Positions 8,651 to 19,059 of a stretch of DNA of 27,642 nt are shown here, piece after piece; the stretch's first letter is position 1, and every line of letters starts with the position of its first letter. A model generated the notes under the pieces. The model was not told where the DNA came from and searched no databases. It saw nothing but the letters and a program-made list of their open reading frames with translations. The DNA comes from Candidatus Altiarchaeota archaeon (lineage in GTDB: Archaea; Altiarchaeota; Altiarchaeia; IMC4; QMZM01), in contig JAFGDV010000013.1 of NCBI GenBank assembly GCA_016931955.1, positions 1-27,642 on the forward strand, given 5' to 3'. The translations under genes were made by a program, and so were the position numbers.

Positions 8651-9571
8651 ATGAAAAAAAAGAACAGCCTGGCATTCGGGGTCGGATTCATCATTCTGGC
8701 GTACATAATTTACACCCTAGAGCCTGAAAAGATAGTTGATACATTCCTTAAGACGAAACCTGAATATTTTCTGGTTGCTGGAGTATTCTACTTGACCAAT
8801 GAACTCATCGCCGCAGTCGCTCTGAGGATGATAAGCCCCGGAAAGATAAGCCTCATTGAGACCCTCATATCCCACATGTGCGGGATGTTCTACAGCAACG
8901 CAACACCTGGAAGAATCGGCTACTACTATACTTCGCTGTCCATGGCGAAGAAAACAAAGACTTCAAGGAGGGGAAACATAGGATTACTCACCCTGTTCCA
9001 GGGGATGAATTTCTTCATAAAGGTCTTCCTCTGCGTCATAGCAGTGATCTATTTTTCAACATATGTCATGGATGCCGAATCCCTGAACTATCTGCTGCTA
9101 GTATCCATATTCCCCCTGATAGGCGTGGTCCTGCTGGTGGTAATATTCTACACGAAGATATTCAACAGGTTCATGGCTAGGATCCCATTAGCCAGAAACT
9201 TCACAGAGCACGTTAAAGACATGCAGCAGGCAGTCCGCGAAGTGAAGAAAGAAAAGCTGTTTAAACTCTCCGTTCTCTTAATCCTTGGCTGGCTTTCCAT
9301 GGGCGCCCAATGGTATTTTCTCGCGAAATCAATAAACCTTGAGATAAGCTACCTCATGGCCTTGATGCTGCAGCCCCTCCTCACCACAGTAATGTTCATC
9401 CCGATATCGCCGTCAGGATTAGGGATCACAGAAGCTGGAAGCGCCCTCTTATTCAATGTAATCGGGTTTACCGCTGCAGACGGGGTGGCTTTCATGCTCC
9501 TGTTCAGGCTGAACTCCATCCTAGTAGACTTCATCGGGATAATAGACATGAAGATACACGGAAAAGACTAA
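8651..9571 (+). CDS. UPF0104 / lysylphosphatidylglycerol synthase TM-domain (flippase-like) protein
   Basis: GMFYSNATPGRIG, PISPSGLGITEAG, LLFRL, multiple TM helices. Confidence 0.88.
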   Translation: MKKKNSLAFGVGFIILAYIIYTLEPEKIVDTFLKTKPEYFLVAGVFYLTNELIAAVALRMISPGKISLIETLISHMCGMFYSNATPGRIGYYYTSLSMAKKTKTSRRGNIGLLTLFQGMNFFIKVFLCVIAVIYFSTYVMDAESLNYLLLVSIFPLIGVVLLVVIFYTKIFNRFMARIPLARNFTEHVKDMQQAVREVKKEKLFKLSVLLILGWLSMGAQWYFLAKSINLEISYLMALMLQPLLTTVMFIPISPSGLGITEAGSALLFNVIGFTAADGVAFMLLFRLNSILVDFIGIIDMKIHGKD

Positions 9572-10815
9572 ACGATTTCACCTCTCAGGTCATAGTAGGT
9601 CGCTTCGGTGATTCGCACATCAACGAATCTACCAAGCAGATCCTCACCTGACTGCAGGATGATGGGCTTATAGGAGGAATTCCTGGCACAGAATCCGTTA
9701 GAGGTTTTCTCGGAAACCAATACTTTGCCTTCCCAGCCAACCCATCCGCGGTTTTTTTCCAGACCAATCCTCTTGAAGGCTTCATTCACTATCCTCGACC
9801 TCATCTTCGTTATTCTGCCTGGGAGCTGCTTCATCTCCTCGGCTTTCGTCCCAGGCCGAACCCAAAACCTTGAGATATTCAGTACTTCGGGTTTGACTTC
9901 TTCGATGACTTTCACAGTATTCTTGAAGGCTTCTTCACCCTCTGATGGAAAACCCAGGATAACGTCAGTAGACAACGTAAGTTCTGGGAAGCCTTCCCTG
10001 AATCTGGAAACGATCTCTTTAAAATCTCTGACGCTGTAGTTTCGGTTCATATCAGACAAAACACGGTCGTCACCAGACTGCAAGGGCAGGTGGAGGAACT
10101 TATAGATTTTCTCGTTGTCGTATGCATCAACCAGCTCATCCAAGAAGCCGAGAACGTGGGCAGGATTCATCATACCAACACGGACTCTGAAAACGCCCTC
10201 TATGGCCGACACGGATTTAAGCAGGGAAGGCAGGCTCTCCCCGATGTCCAGCCCATAGGCGCCGGTATCCTGAGCTGTGAGCCACACCTCCTTCACGTTC
10301 TCAGAAAGCGCCTTCTTCATGTTCGCTGCAATCAGCTCAGGAGGGTAAGAAATAAGACAACCCCTCGCCAGCCTCGTGATGCAGTAGCTGCAGTCCCCCA
10401 CACAGCCCTGCGCTACAGGGATTATTTCTACAACAGGATTCTGTCTCTTTTTCGGGAGACGAAGTCTACATTCTCCCGTATTTATTCTAACGAATCTTTC
10501 CCCGCGTTCAACCGCCTTGACCGCTTCAACCACGTCTTCGACATTCAATCCGAGAAAGGAAAACTCAGGAAATTCCCCAACAACAGAGGGTGTTGCGGCA
10601 GGAAGGCATCCTGAGACGACAACCTTTTTTCCTCTGAGCTCTTTCAGCCTCCTCAGGATCTTTCTCTCAGTGGGTGTTTTAACAGTGCAGGTGTTTATGA
10701 CTAGTATCCCTGAGTCACCGAAGCTGAAGCCTGCTTGCTCTAGAAGCCCCATCATTGCCTCAGAGTCCGCCTTATTCATAGAGCAACCATAGGTCTCAAT
10801 CCGAACATCAGTCAT
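9568..10815 (-). CDS. mtaB: tRNA t6A37 methylthiotransferase (archaeal/eukaryotic MtaB type)
   Basis: ETYGCSMN, INTCTVK, radical SAM CVGDCSYC, RVGMMNP, HLPLQSG, C-terminal TRAM domain. Confidence 0.9.
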   Translation of the reverse strand: MTDVRIETYGCSMNKADSEAMMGLLEQAGFSFGDSGILVINTCTVKTPTERKILRRLKELRGKKVVVSGCLPAATPSVVGEFPEFSFLGLNVEDVVEAVKAVERGERFVRINTGECRLRLPKKRQNPVVEIIPVAQGCVGDCSYCITRLARGCLISYPPELIAANMKKALSENVKEVWLTAQDTGAYGLDIGESLPSLLKSVSAIEGVFRVRVGMMNPAHVLGFLDELVDAYDNEKIYKFLHLPLQSGDDRVLSDMNRNYSVRDFKEIVSRFREGFPELTLSTDVILGFPSEGEEAFKNTVKVIEEVKPEVLNISRFWVRPGTKAEEMKQLPGRITKMRSRIVNEAFKRIGLEKNRGWVGWEGKVLVSEKTSNGFCARNSSYKPIILQSGEDLLGRFVDVRITEATYYDLRGEIV

Positions 10816-11777
10816 CTTTTGTCTGAGAATATGAACTCTGAAACCCTTCTACAGTCTTCTCCATTCTCGGCTGAGATAACCAAGGCAGTAGGCACGTTCA
10901 ATCTCGCGGATAACTCTTCGAGGACTATGGGCTTAACAGCATCCCTTTTGTTTATTACAACAGTCAACGGAACCGTGAACTTCTTCTGTACATCCCTCAA
11001 CAGGTTTATCTGAGGCTCTATTTCCTGAGTTGGGTCGAGGATGAACAGGACCCTATCAGCTAATTCGCTTAATGCGAGAATGGCCTGTAATTCAATCCTG
11101 TTTCTTTGCTCCATCGGCCTATCCAACAGCCCAGGAGAATCTATGACCTGATAGCGAGTATATCCCCTCTTGAAATACCCCACCAGTATCTCCTGCGTAG
11201 TAAACGGATAAGAGGCTATCTTAACCTCCGAGCCCGTGAGATTCCTCATAAAGGTTGATTTTCCGACGTTAGGATAGCCTGCGACAACCAACGTAGGCCG
11301 GTCCTCTATGGTAGGAAATCCCCTGAAGGCTTTCTTTATCTCGATGAGTTCATCGAGTTCATCGGATATCTGCTTTATGAGAGAAGACGATCTGCCGAGG
11401 AATTCCCGGGCATAGGAGGTATCTCTAGTTATCCTGATATCGGCGAGGGTCTTGTTTTCCAGACCTTCTATCCGCTTAAGACACCATTGCACGGCTCCGA
11501 GGCACTTCTTGTACCTGTCCTTGTCCACCTTTATGTCAAGGAGCCTTTGATAGAAGGATGGGAGCTGCTCGTAGCTGGGGAAGTTCTTCACTATGGATTT
11601 CAGGTCGGAGCGGATTATATTGGCTACGGCTTTAACCCGCTCCTCCTCGGACTTCCTGAGCCTGGTTTCCCTATAATCCTTCCGCGTCGACCTCTTCTTT
11701 TTCGCCTTCTCCGAGCCGTGCCTGAAGGCCTTGTCTACCAGGTTATCTGAAGTTGGGACATAGGGCAGATTAAACAT
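10812..11777 (-). CDS. NOG1-family GTP-binding protein
   Basis: AGYPNVGKS, ASYPFTT, IDSPGLLDRP, RNRIELQAI, NKRD. Confidence 0.93.
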   Translation of the reverse strand: MFNLPYVPTSDNLVDKAFRHGSEKAKKKRSTRKDYRETRLRKSEEERVKAVANIIRSDLKSIVKNFPSYEQLPSFYQRLLDIKVDKDRYKKCLGAVQWCLKRIEGLENKTLADIRITRDTSYAREFLGRSSSLIKQISDELDELIEIKKAFRGFPTIEDRPTLVVAGYPNVGKSTFMRNLTGSEVKIASYPFTTQEILVGYFKRGYTRYQVIDSPGLLDRPMEQRNRIELQAILALSELADRVLFILDPTQEIEPQINLLRDVQKKFTVPLTVVINKRDAVKPIVLEELSARLNVPTALVISAENGEDCRRVSEFIFSDKR

Positions 11778-11799
11778 AGAAGGATATAGGAAAGAGCAG

Positions 11800-12900
11800 C
11801 TAAATGATGCCCTCTAAGTCAGCTATGAAGTTGCAGATGACCTCTCTTGTGACGTGGGGCATTACGACGATTCGCAGACTTCCAGTCTGGGAGTCCAGGA
11901 GGATATTCCAATCCCTGCTCTTCAGTTGACTCCAGACCTCCTCGATTTTTTGGGTTCTTATCGCCACAAAATTTATCTCCGGTTCTGCAACGATTTCAAC
12001 ACCAATACGCTTCAGTTCACTGCAGAGAAAACGAGTGTTTTCCATACACTCATCCACGATCTTCGTGTAACCTTCCACGCCAAGGTATTTAATTGCAGCC
12101 CACGTCGCAGCTACCGCTCCACCAGGCCTACTACCGCTGAGCGTCCAAGTCTTAACGGGTAGATAGGTCGGAAAAAAGGTGAGCCCCTTAGTGTAAGAAT
12201 CACCCCTGAACAATATCACCCCCGACGGTATCGGGACCAAACCCATCTTATGCGGGTCAACTGTGATAGAGTCCACGTTTTGTAGAGAGAAGTCAGCCTT
12301 CGGCCCCTTCCTCAGGAAGGGGAGAACGAAGCCGCCGAAGGCCGCATCCACGTGAAAGAACACATCCTCACAGAGTCCGTTGATCTCCTCAATGGGGTCA
12401 ACGACGCCTAATGCAGAGGTTCCCGCTGTTGCAATAACGGCCAAGGTCTGTTCGTCGATGGACTCCTTTATGGCGGAAACGTCAGCCTTAAAGTCTTTGT
12501 CTAGAGGGATCCACTCAACATCCAATCCAATGATGTCAGCTGCCTTAGGAACTGAATAGTGAGCGGATTCAGGGACCAAGACCCTCTTTCTATCAGGGTG
12601 AAGCTTCTTAGCAGCCCACAAAGCGGCTATGTTCGACTCCGTTCCACCGGATGTTACATACCCTGCAGTCTTCTTGCTGTGGAATACCTCAGCAAACCAG
12701 GATATCACCTCCTTCTCTATCCCATGAACACTCTTGAACACGTGAACATCAAGTGCATTGGTGTCGGAGAATATCTCAAACGCCTTGACGGCGACGTCCA
12801 AAGGCTGCGTGCATACGGAAGAGAGTACTCTACCACATGAGTAGGACGGATCCGTGCTTCTCAGCCTCTTAAGTTCTGAGATGATTTCACTCTCATCCAT
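11800..12900 (-). CDS. mfnA: L-tyrosine/L-aspartate decarboxylase (PLP-dependent)
   Basis: TSGGTESN, SAHYS, HVDAAFGGF, SITVDPHKMG, GSRPG, LRIVVMPHV; ATG 12900 overlaps the upstream stop. Confidence 0.88.
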   Translation of the reverse strand: MDESEIISELKRLRSTDPSYSCGRVLSSVCTQPLDVAVKAFEIFSDTNALDVHVFKSVHGIEKEVISWFAEVFHSKKTAGYVTSGGTESNIAALWAAKKLHPDRKRVLVPESAHYSVPKAADIIGLDVEWIPLDKDFKADVSAIKESIDEQTLAVIATAGTSALGVVDPIEEINGLCEDVFFHVDAAFGGFVLPFLRKGPKADFSLQNVDSITVDPHKMGLVPIPSGVILFRGDSYTKGLTFFPTYLPVKTWTLSGSRPGGAVAATWAAIKYLGVEGYTKIVDECMENTRFLCSELKRIGVEIVAEPEINFVAIRTQKIEEVWSQLKSRDWNILLDSQTGSLRIVVMPHVTREVICNFIADLEGII

Positions 12901-13567
12901 CTTTGAATATGCTCCCACTATGAAGTGCGGCTCCAACAAGGACCTTGTCCACGCCCAGCTTTTCCAGGACGTAAACATCATAGAAGTCTCGAATCCCTCC
13001 GCCGTAGATCAACTTCTTCTCAGGCAGGCGTGGGACAACGCTCCTGCAGAGTTCCAGGTTAGGGCCCTGCGAAAGCCCCATTCGGTTAAGATCCAATAGG
13101 ATGATCTCTTGGATCCTGGTGCTGTCTTTGATGAGGTCGATTAGGGTGAAGAGTTCGCCACATGTTTCGGCGATTAGTTCACCCTCTCTGGTGTCTATGC
13201 AGAGCACGACCTCGTGTGGGAACTCCAGGAGATCTAGGGTGCAGAAGGTCTCTGATGCGATCACGGGTTTGACTTCCTCCATCAGTATTATCATCTCCTT
13301 CGACCAGATGCCGATATCCAACATCACCGAAAGGTTTGTGCTCGTGACGATCTTCTCTATTATCTCAAGGTTCGGCTTCGAATCCAAGATGCCATCAAGG
13401 TCTGCTATGTAGACCTCCTCAAAACCCAGATCCTCGTAGGTCTTTGCTACATCAAGTGGGTCGGAGGACTTGCAGACCACGCTCCTAAGCTCCTCATATT
13501 CGCCGAACTTGCCGAGTTTCCCACTCACCGCTTTCTCATCCTTTATGTCGATTACTGGTACGATCAC
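12893..13567 (-). CDS. HisA/HisF-related TIM-barrel protein of the type found with methanofuran/H4MPT genes
   Basis: IVPVIDIK, EVYIADLDGI, ILLDLNRMG, YGGGIRD, VLVGAALHSG. Confidence 0.8.
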   Translation of the reverse strand: MIVPVIDIKDEKAVSGKLGKFGEYEELRSVVCKSSDPLDVAKTYEDLGFEEVYIADLDGILDSKPNLEIIEKIVTSTNLSVMLDIGIWSKEMIILMEEVKPVIASETFCTLDLLEFPHEVVLCIDTREGELIAETCGELFTLIDLIKDSTRIQEIILLDLNRMGLSQGPNLELCRSVVPRLPEKKLIYGGGIRDFYDVYVLEKLGVDKVLVGAALHSGSIFKDG

Positions 13568-13656
13568 TTTTTAGGTGCTCAAAAATTCTGACATAAATTA
13601 TACAAATTCCTAATAAGTTAAGTATTTATACAATATAAGACAAATAGTTAATTGCA

Positions 13657-14127
13657 ATGAAAATCGACAACCTCGATCTGGAGATAATCAAAAACCTGCA
13701 GCAAGATGCGCGTTTGAGTTTTAGGGAACTAGGTCGGAAGCTTGGCGTACCCCATACTACAGTATTCACTCGAGCTGAGAGACTGCTGGAGAGGGGCATA
13801 ATAAGGAACTTCTCCGCGATACTTCACCCACACGACCTAGGACTTCAGATCGGTTTCATTATAGTGGATTCTCCACCAGCGCAGTCAAAGGACACCGCAA
13901 GAAGGCTGGCAGGATTCGACGAAGTCAGAAAGGTCTACAGGACATTCGACGGCAAGGTGATAGCCAAGATCATAGTATCTGAAGGACACCACGGGCTTGA
14001 GGAGTTTCTGATGAAGCTCGGAGACCTGAACATGAAAGCCTATCCAGTGCATGATGTTGTGAAATACGACCACACCATTCCAGAATCTGGACTGAAGAAC
14101 CTGGACCTGTATAAGGAGAAAAAATAG
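13657..14127 (+). CDS. Lrp/AsnC family transcriptional regulator
   Basis: LDLEIIKNLQQDARLSFRELGRKLGV HTH followed by a RAM-like domain. Confidence 0.93.
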   Translation: MKIDNLDLEIIKNLQQDARLSFRELGRKLGVPHTTVFTRAERLLERGIIRNFSAILHPHDLGLQIGFIIVDSPPAQSKDTARRLAGFDEVRKVYRTFDGKVIAKIIVSEGHHGLEEFLMKLGDLNMKAYPVHDVVKYDHTIPESGLKNLDLYKEKK

Positions 14128-14667
14128 CTACAAATCAACCCAGAACTTAAATTCTTCCAACTGCTTCTTCAGTTTATAGGGCATCGCTCGCCCCCACTCA
14201 GACAGCCACCCATCATCTTTAAAGCTATTCCTGAGCGAGTCGTCGGCTATCTCAGCCCTCTGCAAAAACTCCGCTAAACCGCGGTTCCTGATCACTGAAT
14301 TCTTCGGCTTGAAGACGCCTGACCAGATAGCCCACACCTTGAATACGGTGTCAGGGTATCTTCCGCCGCCCAAGTCAACGGCCAACACATCACATTCTCT
14401 AGTGAACCCCATCACCCGCCTTACGGTGGGGAAAATCCTGGCATCCCCCCGGATGAATCTAAGTTGTGGAAAGCGCTCCTCCAAGGGTTTGAAGAAGTCC
14501 TCCGACTGCTTGCCTTTGTCCACAACAACGGCAAGCTTCGCCTTATCGATGTATGAAAGCGTGCTCTTCCCCGTATGGGGTCCGAGCTCTACGACCACAT
14601 CCCCTTCCCTGACAATCCCGGCTAGCAACCTCCTGTAGGCTTTGACTTCATAGACTATTGATATCAT
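14128..14667 (-). CDS. Putative SAM-dependent methyltransferase (archaeal)
   Basis: VVVELGPHTGKST motif I, FIRGDA, DLGGGRYPDTVFKVW. Confidence 0.7.
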   Translation of the reverse strand: MISIVYEVKAYRRLLAGIVREGDVVVELGPHTGKSTLSYIDKAKLAVVVDKGKQSEDFFKPLEERFPQLRFIRGDARIFPTVRRVMGFTRECDVLAVDLGGGRYPDTVFKVWAIWSGVFKPKNSVIRNRGLAEFLQRAEIADDSLRNSFKDDGWLSEWGRAMPYKLKKQLEEFKFWVDL

Positions 14668-14720
14668 CCCCAAAACACATTAAATTATAAACGTGAAGCA
14701 ACTATAAATTTACACACAAA

Positions 14721-17700
14721 ATGCACCTTGAGAGACTGGAGATCCATGGATTCAAATCCTTTAGGGATAAGACAGTGCTTGAGTTCCCGGACAAGTTCAC
14801 GGCCATTGTCGGCCCCAACGGCTCGGGGAAAAGCAACATCGTCGACGCCATATGTTTTGTCTTGGGCAAGTCCAGAGGCCTCAGGGTGGGAAACCTCAGG
14901 GAATTAATCTACAACGGGGGGGTTGACGGCAAAGAATCAGATCACACAAAGGTTTCGATCTACCTAAACAACGGCGGCAAGAAGATAAGGATAAGCAGGG
15001 AAGTAAACACTGAAGGACAAAGCCTCTATAGGATAGATAAAAAACGCGCTTCAAGGCAGGAGGTCGTAGAAATCGTGGGCGACAATGAATACAACATAAT
15101 CCTCCAAGATGACGTGACTGGTGTCATAGAGATGCTGCCGAAGGAGAGACGACAGATAATAGATGACCTCTGTGGCATAGGTGAATACAACAAAAAGAAG
15201 GCCAAGGCTTTGAAGGAACTGGAGACGGTGGAAAACAGGATATCTGACACACACATAATCCTCGGAGAAAAACAGGGCTACATGGAGCAGCTTGGAAAGG
15301 AGCGGAATGACGCACTCCAACATCAGGAGCTAAGCAAGGATCTGGAGAAATGCAGGGCAAGCATACTCTACAAGAACATCGAAGGCGTAGAGAAAAAGCT
15401 CGAGGGGATAGACTCAGGTCTTACTGAACTCATGGATGAGGAAAACAACCTCAAAGAGAAAATCAACAAGATAAAGAGGGACATAGAAGAGAAAAACAAG
15501 GAACTTAAGCAGATAAACTCGGAAATAGTCGGGCTGGAGGAGGAGAAGAGCCTGGGGAAGATCCCAGGGATCAGGGGTGAACTGAGCCGGAAGCAGGACA
15601 AACTGGAGAGCCTGAATAAGGTGCTTGAAGACGACAAAAAAACGATTCACGAGAAAAAAGAAAAAAGAAGCAAGCTTATCTCCAACATAAACTCGCTTGA
15701 AGCAAAACTGAGGGCTGCCAAAGAGAGGCTTGAGTTTCTCAACGACCAGATACTTGAGGAGTCAAAGAAGATCAAAGGCCTTGAGGTCGAGGAAAAAATA
15801 GACACATTAAAGAACCACATTTTTGAGCTTAGGTCAAAGGTTACTTCATTGGTTGAATCCGAGGAATCGAACAAGAAGAGGATCGAAGACTTCCTCAGAC
15901 AGAAGGATGGAATAACTGAGAGAATACATGAGCTTCTGCAGCAGGAGAAGGAGCTAGAAAAAAGGATAAAGGAGAGAGACAAACAGCATAAGGGCGAATT
16001 CGAGGAATTCGAACAACTCAGGAAGAGGCTGCCCGAACTAGAGGAAAAAATAGATGGAATGCAGAGCCGTTTGGAGAGCCTCCGCGTAGAATACGCCGCA
16101 AAGAAGACCGAGATCGAAACAGTGGAGAAGAGCAGCGGCGGATTGAAGGGTGCGATCAGCGCCATAAACAAACTGAAGGGGATAATCGATGGGGTTCATG
16201 GACCTGTATTCCAGTTGGGCAGGGTGCTGAACCCAGAGTACGATGAGGCTATGAAGATCGCCGCTGGCGGCAGAATGTATGACGTACTCGTCGAAAACGA
16301 GGATACAGCAATAAAATGCATAAAATACCTGAGGGAGAAGAAAATCGGGAGAGCAACCTTTCTGCCGCTAAATAGGATAACCTTCAGGAGACAGGATAAA
16401 GCGCCGAAAGGGGCAATAGGTTTCGCTCGAGACTTTATCACAACAAACGCGAGGTTTAAGCCTGCATTCGACTACGTCTTCGGGAACACCTTGCTCGTGA
16501 GAAGCCTTGAGGATGCGAAGAAGATCGGAGTCGGCAGGTTCAGGATGGTGACGCTCGACGGCGACCTGCTGACTGAAAGCGGTGCAATGACCGGCGGATA
16601 CACGAGAAAGATAGAGATTGGGTTTTCGAGGGCTGATGAGCTAGAGAAAGACCTAAAGGAGCTGGAGCAGAGAATAATAGACCTCGATGGTGAAAGACAG
16701 GAGCTGCTGCTGGAAAAGAAGAAGGTAGGGGATATGCTATCGAAACTGGAGGCCCCAGTGACGAACATAATAACAGACGTGGAGAGGATAAGGCTTGAGA
16801 AAGGCTCCCTCGGAGACAAGTTGGGGGACCTCCGGTATAGGACGGAAGAAATCGAAGACATCGTCAAAAAGATAAAACAGGAGATTACAGAGAACAAGGG
16901 CGAAGCCAGATCACTTGAGGGGGAGATAAAAAACAAGGAAAAGGAGCTTGCTGTCCTCTTGAAGAAGCGCTCGGAGACGAACATCGACAAACTTGAGAAG
17001 CTTAAGGATGACTACCGTGACCTGGAGGTGGAAGAGAAGACCCTGACAGAGAAAAGAGAGCTGATAAAGCAGCAGATAGGTGACTTAGACGACGAAATCG
17101 AGAAGCTGAACGAAAAGAAGACAGGCTTAGAGACAGATATCCAGGAGGTCATGGAGTCCTGTGAAGGGCTCGAGAAGGAGCTCCAAGTCATGGAGAAAGA
17201 GAACACTAAGCTGATGGAGAAGCTCGGAGTTCTTATAGAAGATAGGTCTGCCATCGAAGATGAGATAACGTCATTGGGCTCGGGTAGGGGTGAAACTGAA
17301 CTCAAACTGGAGTCTGCGAAGGAGGAAATAAATTCCCAGCTAATAAAGAAGGCCTCCCTGGAGACAAGGTTGTCAGACCTCAGGGAGGAATATAAGCCTT
17401 ATCTTGAGATGGAGGTCTTAGACGAAGGCCTAAAGAGGCTTGAGTCCAGGATTTCTGAGATAACAACCAGTCTAGAGGCATTAGGCTCTGTTAACATGAG
17501 GGCTATTGAAACCTATGAAATCATCAGGAGGGAATTCGATGAAACTGTGGAGAAACTCGAAACCTTAAAGAATGAACGCCAGTCGATATTCGACTTCATG
17601 GAGAAGGTCGAACAGAAGAAGAGAGAGACCTTTATGGCGGCCTTCGACTTTGTCAAAAATGGTTTTGAACAGATCTATGGAGAGCTTGCGAACGGAGAAG

Positions 17701-18062
17701 GCACATTGATTTTAGACAACCCAAGAGACATATCCGATTCTGGGCTGATCATTAAGGCGTCTCCTGAGGGCAAGAAGCTGATAAACATCGACGCCATGTC
17801 CGGCGGCGAGAAAGTCCTCACCTGCTCCGCTTTCCTGCTTGCGATTCAGAGGTATAAGCCCTCATATTTTTACATCGTAGACGAGATCGACGCCTCCCTT
17901 GATAGGGCAAACTCCCTTAAGCTGGCTGATATCCTGAGGAATTCTGCCGCCCAGTTCCTGATCATCTCACACAACAATGAAGTGATCAAGAAGGCTGAAT
18001 CCGTTATCGGCGTCTCAATGAGTAACGGAGTGTCTCAGATAGTGGGTGTAAAATTGACTTAG
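14721..18062 (+). CDS. smc: Chromosome segregation protein SMC
   Basis: GFKSF, GPNGSGKSN, hinge GRATFLPL and VTLDGD...GAMTGG, LGSVNMRA, MSGGEK, IVDEID, coiled coils. Confidence 0.97.
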   Translation: MHLERLEIHGFKSFRDKTVLEFPDKFTAIVGPNGSGKSNIVDAICFVLGKSRGLRVGNLRELIYNGGVDGKESDHTKVSIYLNNGGKKIRISREVNTEGQSLYRIDKKRASRQEVVEIVGDNEYNIILQDDVTGVIEMLPKERRQIIDDLCGIGEYNKKKAKALKELETVENRISDTHIILGEKQGYMEQLGKERNDALQHQELSKDLEKCRASILYKNIEGVEKKLEGIDSGLTELMDEENNLKEKINKIKRDIEEKNKELKQINSEIVGLEEEKSLGKIPGIRGELSRKQDKLESLNKVLEDDKKTIHEKKEKRSKLISNINSLEAKLRAAKERLEFLNDQILEESKKIKGLEVEEKIDTLKNHIFELRSKVTSLVESEESNKKRIEDFLRQKDGITERIHELLQQEKELEKRIKERDKQHKGEFEEFEQLRKRLPELEEKIDGMQSRLESLRVEYAAKKTEIETVEKSSGGLKGAISAINKLKGIIDGVHGPVFQLGRVLNPEYDEAMKIAAGGRMYDVLVENEDTAIKCIKYLREKKIGRATFLPLNRITFRRQDKAPKGAIGFARDFITTNARFKPAFDYVFGNTLLVRSLEDAKKIGVGRFRMVTLDGDLLTESGAMTGGYTRKIEIGFSRADELEKDLKELEQRIIDLDGERQELLLEKKKVGDMLSKLEAPVTNIITDVERIRLEKGSLGDKLGDLRYRTEEIEDIVKKIKQEITENKGEARSLEGEIKNKEKELAVLLKKRSETNIDKLEKLKDDYRDLEVEEKTLTEKRELIKQQIGDLDDEIEKLNEKKTGLETDIQEVMESCEGLEKELQVMEKENTKLMEKLGVLIEDRSAIEDEITSLGSGRGETELKLESAKEEINSQLIKKASLETRLSDLREEYKPYLEMEVLDEGLKRLESRISEITTSLEALGSVNMRAIETYEIIRREFDETVEKLETLKNERQSIFDFMEKVEQKKRETFMAAFDFVKNGFEQIYGELANGEGTLILDNPRDISDSGLIIKASPEGKKLINIDAMSGGEKVLTCSAFLLAIQRYKPSYFYIVDEIDASLDRANSLKLADILRNSAAQFLIISHNNEVIKKAESVIGVSMSNGVSQIVGVKLT

Positions 18063-18469
18063 TCGAATATCAGGTTTATTGAATCCGACTTCAAGGACTT
18101 TATCTTGGAGTCTAGGACGTGCACTAGTTTGGCTTTGGCGTCCACTTCTATGGAGGGTCTTATCAATTCCAGATCTCCGCTGAGTTCTCTATCCCCTATG
18201 ATCTCTCTAACCCATGTGGCGAAGTCGTTCCTTCCTTCAAGGTGGTGTAGAACTGCCTCTTCCGGCGCTTCCTTGATCGCTTCCTTCAGCTCCTCCAGTA
18301 GGAAGCATTCGTCTATGATCTCGTGGTCGTTTTTCTTGAGCTTGAATCCATGATGGGGGTGTACGCGCCTTAGGTGTGGGTGCGTGATCACCCTCTTGTC
18401 GTGTATTATAGAATTGACTATGCCCCAGTACAGGTCTTCATCGTAGTCTTTTTTCGCCATGTCCACCAT
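18059..18469 (-). CDS. DUF5752-like small protein
   Basis: LEELKEAIK...HH...RNDFATWVREIIGD pattern. Confidence 0.65.
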   Translation of the reverse strand: MVDMAKKDYDEDLYWGIVNSIIHDKRVITHPHLRRVHPHHGFKLKKNDHEIIDECFLLEELKEAIKEAPEEAVLHHLEGRNDFATWVREIIGDRELSGDLELIRPSIEVDAKAKLVHVLDSKIKSLKSDSINLIFD

Positions 18470-18560
18470 CTAGAATGAGTTTATATACATAACTTTATAA
18501 AACAACTATAAATACTTTGGGTATTTGCAGTATCCAGGTCAACATATTTATATATCTAAA

Positions 18561-18577
18561 ATCCTAAATATTAGGAT
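18561..18577. promoter_or_regulatory. Inverted repeat, probable ArsR operator
   Basis: atcctaa-ata-ttaggat overlapping the arsR ATG, downstream of a tttatata TATA box near 18547. Confidence 0.5.
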
Positions 18578-18836
18578 GAAACACAGTCTTAGAATTTTCA
18601 AGGCCCTTAGCGATGAAACACGGCTTAGGATAGTGGAATTCCTCCTCGGCGGAGAGAGATGCGTCTGCGAGATAATCCCATACACGAAGAGGGCGCAGTC
18701 CACCGTCTCCCTCCAGCTCGCAAAACTCGAAAGCCTTGGAATACTGAAATCAAGGAGAGACGGCAAGAAGATATTCTACAGAATAGCCAGCAACAAAGTC
18801 AAAAAGATACTGGAGTGCATGGAAGATGAAGATTGA
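18576..18836 (+). CDS. arsR: ArsR/SmtB metalloregulator
   Basis: FKALSDETRLRI, ERCVCEI, QSTVSLQL, SRRDGK; heads the ars operon; ATG 18576 preferred. Confidence 0.9.
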   Translation: MKHSLRIFKALSDETRLRIVEFLLGGERCVCEIIPYTKRAQSTVSLQLAKLESLGILKSRRDGKKIFYRIASNKVKKILECMEDED

Positions 18837-19059
18837 AATACTTGGAATGGGGTGCATCAAATGCAATACCCTCTACGGAAACGTTAGAAAAGCAGTTACT
18901 GAATTAGACATGAAGCCGGAAATAGAACATGTAAGAGACCTCAACAAGATAGTGGAATACGGCGTCATGTCGACACCCGCGTTGGTCATAGACGGAGAAG
19001 TGATGGCCTCCGGGAGAATACCCTCCGTAGAGGAGATAAAGGGGTGGCTTAAAGAATGA
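18826..19059 (+). CDS. Small thioredoxin-like protein (MTH895/thioredoxin_3 type)
   Basis: ILGMGCIKC, YGVMSTPALVIDG, GRIPS. Confidence 0.92.
   Translation: MKIEILGMGCIKCNTLYGNVRKAVTELDMKPEIEHVRDLNKIVEYGVMSTPALVIDGEVMASGRIPSVEEIKGWLKE

Noticed and set aside
15026-17305. Ser/Phe-rich minus-strand ORFs within smc (and similar shadows elsewhere)
   Set aside because: Antisense artefacts of Glu/Lys-rich coding sequence.
14721-18062. SMC as a Wadjet/defence ATPase, or missing scpA as notable
   Set aside because: Canonical hinge and head motifs; scpA/B are often unlinked from smc.
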